Below are positions 7,489 to 15,103 of a stretch of DNA of 15,103 nucleotides, piece after piece. The first letter of the stretch is position 1, and the number at the start of each line of letters is the position of its first letter. Under the pieces are notes generated by a model. It was not told the DNA's origin. It saw only the letters and a list, made by a program, of their open reading frames with translations, and did not search any database. The position numbers and the translations under genes were made by a program. This stretch comes from Bdellovibrionota bacterium (GTDB lineage Bacteria; Bdellovibrionota_C; UBA2361; JBIKWN01): NCBI GenBank assembly GCA_044356295.1, contig JBIKWN010000060.1, positions 1 through 15,103 of the forward strand, written 5' to 3'.

Positions 7489-7678
7489 ATACCCTCCATA
7501 GTTTAGGGCATACATAGCACTTACTAATCTAAATTTATAGTAGCACTGAGATTGTCGTTATGTAATATTTATCAATAATATGAAATAGTTAAGCGAAAGA
7601 GCGTAAAATAAAAATGATCAAAAGAGTTAGTATTTCGTTAGTGATTCTAGTAAGACAGCATACTAGAACAGGTAATTT

Positions 7679-8668
7679 ATGATTCTGGTAGGAGATATCG
7701 GTGGTACTAAGATTCGTTTAGCGGTTTTTTCTCGGGTACAAGGTGCACTTGTTCGACAAAACGTCGAAAAATTTGACAGTAAAGCATCTTCTGGGCTCAC
7801 TGAAGTAATCAATAACTATATTAGAAAGTATGATTTTTCACCTGAAAGAGCATGTTTTGGAGTTCCAGGTCCCGTAATCAATGGCGTGGCGCAGGTAACA
7901 AATCTTCCCTGGATCGTAAGTGAACACTCGCTACTTCAAGAGACAAGAATACCATCAGTAAAAGTTGTTAACGATCTACAAGCTACCGCAGCAGCTATCC
8001 CTTACCTAGTTGACGAAGACATTGAGGTGCTTCACCCAGGTAAAGGTAAAATTAAATCATTTTCTAACATATATGGATTGATTGCTCCGGGGACAGGACT
8101 CGGTCAGGGGTTTCTTTTGACTAATGCAGACACAATCATCCCTTTTGCATCTGAAGGAGGACACACAGATTTTGCACCCATAAACGAAGAGCAGATTGCA
8201 CTTTTAAAGTATCTACAAACTCGCTACGAGCATGTAAGTTACGAAAGAATATTGTGTGGCCCCGGTATAGTAAATATTTTTGAATTCTTAAAGGATACCG
8301 GTACTTTTTCTGTGCCAGCTGATTTACTCGAAAGATTACACAAAGGTGATACAGATCCAGCCGCGGTAATATCAGCGAGTGGCATTAAAAATGAATATGA
8401 AATAACGTCTCGAGCTCTTGATATATTTGCATCAGTCCTTGGCGCGCAGGCAGGCAATCTTGTTCTGACTATGTTAACAACAGGAGGAATATTTCTTGGT
8501 GGCGGTATACCCCAGCGCATAATAGAAAAATTGCGAGATGGAACGGTTGTTAAGAGTTACTTAAGTAAAGGAAGATTATCGCCTGTTGTTGCATCAACAC
8601 AATTAGCTGTCATTAAAGATGATAGTGCCGCACTTTTAGGGGCGGCTCATATCGCTGAAACACTTTAA
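7679..8668 (+). CDS. glk: Glucokinase (E. coli Glk-type)
   Basis: GDIGGT, VTNLPW, VNDLQA, APGTGLG, SEGGHTDFAP, GGIFLGGGI. Confidence 0.93.
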   Translation: MILVGDIGGTKIRLAVFSRVQGALVRQNVEKFDSKASSGLTEVINNYIRKYDFSPERACFGVPGPVINGVAQVTNLPWIVSEHSLLQETRIPSVKVVNDLQATAAAIPYLVDEDIEVLHPGKGKIKSFSNIYGLIAPGTGLGQGFLLTNADTIIPFASEGGHTDFAPINEEQIALLKYLQTRYEHVSYERILCGPGIVNIFEFLKDTGTFSVPADLLERLHKGDTDPAAVISASGIKNEYEITSRALDIFASVLGAQAGNLVLTMLTTGGIFLGGGIPQRIIEKLRDGTVVKSYLSKGRLSPVVASTQLAVIKDDSAALLGAAHIAETL

Positions 8669-8680
8669 AATACAAACACT

Positions 8681-11320
8681 ATGACAGCTGAAAAAAAACG
8701 ACTTTCAGATCCCTTGTGGAAGTACTGGGGACCATACCTGTCTGACCGGCAGTGGGGAACAGTTCGCGAAGATTATAGTCCTGATGGTTCAGCATGGGGA
8801 TACCTCACTCATGATATGGCCCGAAGTAAAGCCTATCGTTGGGGAGAGGATGGCATTGGTGGCATCAGTGATAGTAAGCAGCGACTCTGTTTTTCACTGT
8901 CGACTTGGAATGGTTTAGATAGGCTACTGAAAGAGAGATTGTTTGGACTCGGTGGTAATGAAGGAAATCATGGAGAGGACGTAAAGGAATACTATGCATA
9001 CTTAGATAGTACTCCCACACATTCCTACATGAAGATGTTGTACAAATATCCTCAACGAGAATTTCCCTATCAAACTTTGATTGAGGAGAATCGAAAGCGC
9101 ACCAAGAAGGACCCTGAATTTGAGATCTTTGACACTGGTATTTTTAATGATGACCGCTACTTCGATATATATATTGAGTACGCTAAGGCTTCTCCAGAAG
9201 ATATTCTTATCAAGATTTCAGCTATTAATCGTGGTCCTGCAGAAGCACCAATTCATCTTATTCCTCAGATCTGGTTTAGGAATACATGGGCTTGGGATCT
9301 GTCTCGTCAAAAACCAAATATTGCTCTATCTCCTGATAATCATCTGATCCTTTCACATGCAAAGCTTGCGACCTATACTTTGCATTATGAAGACTCGCCA
9401 CAACCACTCTTCTGTGAAAATGAGACAAATTCAACTCGTCTCTTTGGGGTGCATAACGCACAGGGAACTTTTAAAGATGGCATCAATGACTATATTGTCT
9501 CGGGTAGAACTGAGGCAATAAACGCTAGTCAATCTGGAACAAAGTCAGCGTTGCATTTTCAAAGTGTAGTGAAGCCTGGTGAAACATTTTCTGTAAGGCT
9601 TCGTCTTACCGCAGATGAGACCACCAATCCTTTTGGGGATTGGGATTCAATATTCTCAAATAGGATTATTGAAGCAGACAATTATTACAAAGATATACAG
9701 GCTGATATTACAACCCCCGATGCTCGTCTCATACAACGACAGGCATTTGCTGGTATGCTTTGGAGTAAACAGTTCTATTATTATGATGTTCACCAATGGC
9801 TGAATGGAGATCCTTCTCAACCAGAACCTCCCAGCTCTCGTCACACTGGGCGTAATATCAACTGGGAGCATGTTAGAAATGCAGATATAATTTCAATGCC
9901 GGATACATGGGAGTATCCGTGGTTTGCTGCCTGGGATCTTGCATTTCATTGCATCCCCCTTTCGATGATCGATCCAGACTTTGCTAAGGAGCAGTTACTG
10001 TTACTGACAAAAGATTGGTATATGCATCCCAATGGCCAACTTCCAGCATATGAGTGGGCATTTGGCGATGTAAATCCACCAGTGCATGCATGGGCAACAT
10101 GGCGTGTTTATAAAATCGATCGCAAAGGCTCTAATGGAAAAGGGGATCTAGAATTTCTTGAAAAGGTTTTTGTAAAGCTTCTGATAAATTTTACTTGGTG
10201 GATTAATCAAAAAGATAAGAGTGGAAATAATCTCTTCCAGGGTGGATTTCTTGGACTAGATAATATCGGGGTCTTTGATAGAAGTGCTGAACTGCCCACA
10301 GGAGGCTTCTTACAGCAAGCTGATGCGACTGCATGGATGGCTATGTACTGCCTCAATATGATGACAATCGCGCTAGAACTTTCTCTTGAAAAACCTGTCT
10401 ATCAAGACCTTGCAAGTAAATTCTTTGAGCACTTCCTCTATATTGCAGAAGCCATGGTTAATATTGGGGGTACCGGAGTAAGACTTTGGAACGATGAAGA
10501 TCAGTTCTACTACGACGTCTTACAGCTCCCCAATGGTCAGATGAAAACGTTAAAGATTCGATCCCTTGTAGGACTGATTCCACTCTTTGCTGTTGAAACA
10601 CTAGACCCAGAGATGCTCGAAAAACTTCCAAAATTTAATGAACGGCTGCAATGGTTTTTAAAATATAGACCTCATCTAGCCTCTTTGGTTTCATCTTGGG
10701 AAGAGCCCGGACGGGGAAAACGACGTCTTCTTTCATTGCTGCGTGGACAAAGAGTTGAAGCACTACTGCGAAGGTTGCTCGATGAGGAAGAGTTCTTGTC
10801 TGATTATGGAGTTCGCGCACTATCAAAGTTCCATCAAAATCACCCATATGTTTTAAAAACAGATAAAGGAATCTTTACCGTTAATTACCAACCTGCTGAA
10901 TCAGATACAGAGTTTTTTGGTGGCAACTCTAATTGGAGAGGACCTATCTGGTTTCCTACAAATTTTCTGATTATAGAATCTCTTCAGAAATTTCATCACT
11001 ACTACGGAGAAAATTTTACATTCGAATATCCAGTTGGTTCTGGAAAGATGTTGACACTCGATCAAGTTGCTCAGGAGCTTTCTTTACGTCTTACGAAGAT
11101 ATTTCTGAGGGATAGCGATGGAAGACGTCCAGTCTTTGGAAGCAATCAGAAACTTCAGAATGATTTACATTTTAGAGATCACATTCTTTTTTTCGAATAC
11201 TTTCATGGTGATAATGGATCTGGAATAGGAGCATCGCACCAAACAGGATGGACAGGTCTTATTGCAAAATTACTCCAGCCGCGCCGAGATGAGAGTGCTG
11301 TTATTGACGAACATAAATAA
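8681..11320 (+). CDS. GH63/MGH1-like (alpha/alpha)6 glucosidase
   Basis: WGPYLSDRQWGTVREDYS, SMPDTWEYPWFAAWDLAFH, GGFLGLDNIG, GGNSNWRGPIW, EYFHGDNGSGIGASHQTGWT. Confidence 0.9.
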   Translation: MTAEKKRLSDPLWKYWGPYLSDRQWGTVREDYSPDGSAWGYLTHDMARSKAYRWGEDGIGGISDSKQRLCFSLSTWNGLDRLLKERLFGLGGNEGNHGEDVKEYYAYLDSTPTHSYMKMLYKYPQREFPYQTLIEENRKRTKKDPEFEIFDTGIFNDDRYFDIYIEYAKASPEDILIKISAINRGPAEAPIHLIPQIWFRNTWAWDLSRQKPNIALSPDNHLILSHAKLATYTLHYEDSPQPLFCENETNSTRLFGVHNAQGTFKDGINDYIVSGRTEAINASQSGTKSALHFQSVVKPGETFSVRLRLTADETTNPFGDWDSIFSNRIIEADNYYKDIQADITTPDARLIQRQAFAGMLWSKQFYYYDVHQWLNGDPSQPEPPSSRHTGRNINWEHVRNADIISMPDTWEYPWFAAWDLAFHCIPLSMIDPDFAKEQLLLLTKDWYMHPNGQLPAYEWAFGDVNPPVHAWATWRVYKIDRKGSNGKGDLEFLEKVFVKLLINFTWWINQKDKSGNNLFQGGFLGLDNIGVFDRSAELPTGGFLQQADATAWMAMYCLNMMTIALELSLEKPVYQDLASKFFEHFLYIAEAMVNIGGTGVRLWNDEDQFYYDVLQLPNGQMKTLKIRSLVGLIPLFAVETLDPEMLEKLPKFNERLQWFLKYRPHLASLVSSWEEPGRGKRRLLSLLRGQRVEALLRRLLDEEEFLSDYGVRALSKFHQNHPYVLKTDKGIFTVNYQPAESDTEFFGGNSNWRGPIWFPTNFLIIESLQKFHHYYGENFTFEYPVGSGKMLTLDQVAQELSLRLTKIFLRDSDGRRPVFGSNQKLQNDLHFRDHILFFEYFHGDNGSGIGASHQTGWTGLIAKLLQPRRDESAVIDEHK

Positions 11321-11338
11321 AGTAAAGAGTATTACACC

Positions 11339-13282
11339 ATGCTTGATACTGAGTGGCTTGAGACAAATGGATTAGGTGGTTGGGCATCATCGAGTGTTTC
11401 AGGAGCTTTAACCAGAAGCTACCATGGATTATTGGTTGATGGCTCTGAGTTTCCTCAACATAGATATGTGATGCTCTCGAAGTTTGATGAAACTATTGTC
11501 ATAAATGGTAAAAGATACGAGCTTGGATGCAATCAATTTTCAGATGCGATTTCGCCAGAGGGATTTCTATACATACAATCTTTTACACAAGAAATTTATC
11601 CTATATACGTGTATGCAGTAGCTGGTGTCACTTTAAAAAAAGAGATCCTAGGGATTCATGGGTACAATACTACACTTGTTCGCTATTCAGTTATTTCTGC
11701 TCCGTGCTCTTTTAGTCTTGAATATGAGCCGTTTATCGCCGCCCGAGAACATCATACTGTCGTTCGGGCAAATAATCTATTTCGCACTCAGAGTTCATTT
11801 GAGGATGCAACACTCTACTGCAAACCGTATGAAAATATTCCTCCACTTTTTATAAAGATACCAGGTGCTTCGTATGAACACTGCCCAAAGTGGTATTTGA
11901 ATTTTGAGTATCTCCATGAATATAAAAGGGGGCTAGCGTACCAAGAGGATCTGATGCGTCTTGGTCGCTTTACAGTTTCAGTTAAAGAGAATGCAACAAT
12001 TCTCGTTTCAGCTTCTACCTCTGATCTACATAAAGAAGATCTTCAACTGTTATGGGATCAAGAAATTGCACGTAGATATAACCTTTTTGATAGAGCTCTT
12101 GCTAAGACTTCCAGAGAAAAAATACTGATTCGAGCTGCAGATCAATTTATTGTCCGCCGTAAAGATGCTCTTACATCAATTGTTGCTGGGTATCCCTGGT
12201 TTACCGATTGGGGTAGAGACACGATGATCGCTTTACCTGGTCTGTGTCTAACCACAGGTCGTGCAGAAGAAGCCAGAGAAATTTTACTAGCCTACGCAAG
12301 CTATATGAGCTTTGGGATGATACCAAATCGTTTCGTCGATGGTTCAGGGGAGGCCGAGTATGGTTCAGTAGATGCAACATTATGGTGGATTATTGCCTGT
12401 TATAAATATTTTCAAGCAACTAGTGACATGCCTTTCCTATATAATATTATTGATAAGATAGAAGAAGCTATCTCGTGGTATAAAAAAGGAACTCGCTATC
12501 AGATTAAGGGAAACAGCTTAGACCTTATAGAAGCAGGAGATCCAACAACACAATTAACATGGATGGACGCACGAGTTAGAGAATATCCTGAAACTCCTCG
12601 AAATGGTTTGTCCGTCGAAGTAAATGGTCTGTGGATTAATGCACTTTTTATCTATGCGCATTTCTTACAGCAAAAAAATCAGGTACAGCGTGCAAATGAG
12701 TTTCAAGAACGTGCACTAAAAGCACGGCATAATTTTATTCACACCTTTTGGGACCATGAAAATAGTATTCTCTTTGATTATATCAATGGTGATTATACTG
12801 ATAGATCGATACGTCCTAACCAACTTATCGCAATCTCTCTTCCTTTTGAAGTAGTTCCGAATGAGTATGCCGAAAAAATTCTTGTATCGATTGAAGAACA
12901 GCTCCTTACCCAAAAAGGAATACGTACATTATCACCGAAGGATTCTCGATACAGATCTCGTTATTGCGGAAACGTCATGCAACGTGATTCTGCATATCAT
13001 CAAGGCACAGTATGGCCGTGGTTATTAGGGCCATATATTTCAACTCTTATCAGAGTAAGGGGTCAAAAAGGTAGAGAGCAGGCGAGTGCTATCCTCAATG
13101 AATTTTTAGATAACGAATATCTTAATGAAGGATGTGTAGGCACGGTATCTGAAATATTTGATGGGGATGCACCGCACAAAGCGAGAGGTTGCCCTGCACA
13201 GGCCTGGAGCGTCGGAGAAATTTTAGTTGCTCTCATGCAGACCTATGTAAGTGACGACAGAGCAAAGCGACAGCTTGTATAA
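11339..13282 (+). CDS. Amylo-alpha-1,6-glucosidase / glycogen debranching enzyme (GDE_N + GDE_C, GH133-like)
   Basis: EWLETNGLGG, AGYPWFTDWGRDTMIALPG, LTWMDA, RPNQL, AYHQGTVWPWL, SEIFDG, AQAWSVGE. Confidence 0.93.
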   Translation: MLDTEWLETNGLGGWASSSVSGALTRSYHGLLVDGSEFPQHRYVMLSKFDETIVINGKRYELGCNQFSDAISPEGFLYIQSFTQEIYPIYVYAVAGVTLKKEILGIHGYNTTLVRYSVISAPCSFSLEYEPFIAAREHHTVVRANNLFRTQSSFEDATLYCKPYENIPPLFIKIPGASYEHCPKWYLNFEYLHEYKRGLAYQEDLMRLGRFTVSVKENATILVSASTSDLHKEDLQLLWDQEIARRYNLFDRALAKTSREKILIRAADQFIVRRKDALTSIVAGYPWFTDWGRDTMIALPGLCLTTGRAEEAREILLAYASYMSFGMIPNRFVDGSGEAEYGSVDATLWWIIACYKYFQATSDMPFLYNIIDKIEEAISWYKKGTRYQIKGNSLDLIEAGDPTTQLTWMDARVREYPETPRNGLSVEVNGLWINALFIYAHFLQQKNQVQRANEFQERALKARHNFIHTFWDHENSILFDYINGDYTDRSIRPNQLIAISLPFEVVPNEYAEKILVSIEEQLLTQKGIRTLSPKDSRYRSRYCGNVMQRDSAYHQGTVWPWLLGPYISTLIRVRGQKGREQASAILNEFLDNEYLNEGCVGTVSEIFDGDAPHKARGCPAQAWSVGEILVALMQTYVSDDRAKRQLV

Positions 13283-13454
13283 GAATATTTTCTTAGAACT
13301 AAGCTAAATTTCTTAGATGAATTGCATTGTGCATTGCTTAGTAATGTGAGCTTTAGCAGTCACTCGTTGTTAGCTTATGAACCACAAGAGCGTACTAAAA
13401 ACCTGAAACTTCTGCGGATCTTATGCATCATAGGAATCCTAGGTTAAGCAGGTT

Positions 13455-15103
13455 ATGGATATCTCAGGGCTAGATGCACTACAGTTTGAGGTCGTTGTTG
13501 ATGGCTCCGAATATCGCACGCTCATGGCACAGCTCACAAGCAAGAGCTCACAAAAGCGAACCCCTAAAAAACCGCTCACTGCTCAAATTGAACTGCAGCT
13601 CACAACTAATGCCTATTCGCTTATCTCAGTAGGACGGCATCGTTTACCCCAAACGATCACTGTTGAACCTGGGAATCCAACTCATGCAAGTCTTTCTCGT
13701 TTACTGGCACACTCTGCGCAAACACACGTTGTCACAGAGATCCGATCGCTGCTTGAGCAGATCGTAGAAAAAATAGTTGAAAAAGATCAAACACAACAAG
13801 AGATCCCTATTAAAATCTTTAAGAGAGATCTGAAACTTCACAGAAGGAGTGAAGAAGATAAAAGAACGGTTCTATCAGTCGCTCTTTCACCAGATGCGCT
13901 TACAACTATTTCGCTTGATTATGATGACGCACCGACACTTGAAGTCAAGACGCCGTATGATGTTGCAACTTTCAATCTTCACCAAGAGATACTTTGTGCA
14001 GGAACACGAATCGCAAAGCGACCCTGGGTTATCATTGAAGGAAACTACGTCACACTTCACGGTGCAATAAAACTTCCCTGTATCGAACAGGTTAAAGCAG
14101 AGCTTTGCATACTGTGGGGTGAATACGATTCAATATCATCATCATGGAAACATGAGCAGCTTGGACTTATAGATCTATCATCACCTCAAAGCTTCCTTAT
14201 ACATCATGAATTGCACGTCCCAACACAGGGCGCCTATGGGATGACCTTATACATTCAGCTTGAAGGATCACATGAAGCAGTATGGCTCGGTGCGCCACGT
14301 GTTGATGATGTAACCTTTACGATACACAGCGATGACGTCACACAGTCTACTGCACAATGGAATGATCACGTAAAAGCTGCCCAGCGCATGAAACAGATGC
14401 TTTTGAATGCAGTAGAATCGAATCATAACGTTGATGGCACAATTTCAAAGATTAAAAAGAGTACTCCTGATATCAATATTGGCGAGCTTATAAACACCGT
14501 ATGTTCAGAGTATCAAGCAACGACACAGCAAGGGATTGCAGAAGTGTTGCAAACACTGACTGCCAACAGCAAAACACTAACGAAACATTTGGATACCTTC
14601 GGTATAGGAGAAGTAGTGCTTGCATCACCAGAAGGGCCTCATGCAAGCGCTGGTGGACTTGCTCAAGTGATCTCTGGACTGGTTCCTGAACTCACACAGG
14701 CGGGATTACATGTAACAGTGATTGCCCCACTCTTCGCTCATGAAAATGGAAGTCGACATAAGTCAGCTCGCTTCGTCCTTGATGAAGGCATACGCATCGG
14801 CTCTGAGGTCCATAAGCCTCGCTATATCGGCTCTATTGGTGTTCAGCTAGGACCAACCTATGCATTGGGCACCAATCATCATCGCCGCCAAGCAACCACG
14901 ATTCCGTTAAAAGTGTATGAAATCAGATCAAAAAACCTTCGCATGGTGCTGCTAGGAAATAGCTCTATTTTTGATAAGCTCTATCAACCAGTTTATGCAG
15001 ATGAGCTGCTTCGGCGAACGGTAGTCTTCTCACGTGCTGTGCTTGAGGTTATCTCACAAGAACACTTTGGCATCAGACCATCGCTCATTATTTCGAATGA
15101 TTG
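13455..15103 (+). CDS. Large protein with GT5 (glycogen/starch synthase) catalytic-like domain from ~14601 and ~380-aa N-terminal extension (3' partial)
   Basis: Hand translation from ATG 13455 is open for 549 codons to the window end. It includes EVVLASPEGPHASAGGLAQVISGLVPELTQAGLHVTVIAPLF, RRTVVFSRAVLE and RPSLIISND(W), which parallel GlgA N-domain motifs. Not in the ORF track. Confidence 0.85.
   Translation, partial: MDISGLDALQFEVVVDGSEYRTLMAQLTSKSSQKRTPKKPLTAQIELQLTTNAYSLISVGRHRLPQTITVEPGNPTHASLSRLLAHSAQTHVVTEIRSLLEQIVEKIVEKDQTQQEIPIKIFKRDLKLHRRSEEDKRTVLSVALSPDALTTISLDYDDAPTLEVKTPYDVATFNLHQEILCAGTRIAKRPWVIIEGNYVTLHGAIKLPCIEQVKAELCILWGEYDSISSSWKHEQLGLIDLSSPQSFLIHHELHVPTQGAYGMTLYIQLEGSHEAVWLGAPRVDDVTFTIHSDDVTQSTAQWNDHVKAAQRMKQMLLNAVESNHNVDGTISKIKKSTPDINIGELINTVCSEYQATTQQGIAEVLQTLTANSKTLTKHLDTFGIGEVVLASPEGPHASAGGLAQVISGLVPELTQAGLHVTVIAPLFAHENGSRHKSARFVLDEGIRIGSEVHKPRYIGSIGVQLGPTYALGTNHHRRQATTIPLKVYEIRSKNLRMVLLGNSSIFDKLYQPVYADELLRRTVVFSRAVLEVISQEHFGIRPSLIISND

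Noticed and set aside
7489..7678. Divergent promoter region between GT4 and glk
   Set aside because: Promoters must lie here, but no specific -35/-10 pair stood out from the AT-rich background.
5208..12913. Small alternative-frame or antisense ORFs inside the glycogen genes (5208, 5516, 6191, 8239, 9081, 9276, 9615, 9656, 10635, 10933, 11527, 11658, 12716)
   Set aside because: All are nested within well-supported CDSs and have no recognisable motifs.
13849..14689. ORFs 13849..14070 and 14501..14689
   Set aside because: Out-of-frame shadows of the long ORF starting at 13455.

Overview
The window has two parts. Left (1-~4870) is an accessory region. It holds two direct-oriented, diverged copies of an IS91/ISCR-like rolling-circle (HUH) transposase: copy 1 at <1..1113 (missed by the ORF track) and copy 2 at 3382..4629. 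They are about 90% identical in protein by hand alignment, with no indels. Between them is an AAA ATPase/PD-(D/E)XK (ATPase_2 + DUF234-type) gene with an apparent leaderless, operator-covered promoter. Just beyond the upstream (ter-side) end of each transposase lie short fragments of unrelated genes: an internally deleted ORF6N-family gene and a CheB active-site fragment. Right (~4875-15103) is an alpha-glucan/glycogen locus. GH57 and a GT4 glycosyltransferase are on the minus strand. Glucokinase, a GH63/MGH1-like glucosidase and a GH133 debranching enzyme are on the plus strand. These are followed by a long ORF missed by the track (13455..>15103), encoding a non-canonical GT5 glycogen/starch synthase-like domain (SAGGL in place of KTGGL) behind a ~380-aa N-terminal extension. 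All family calls come from motif recognition by eye; no searches were run.
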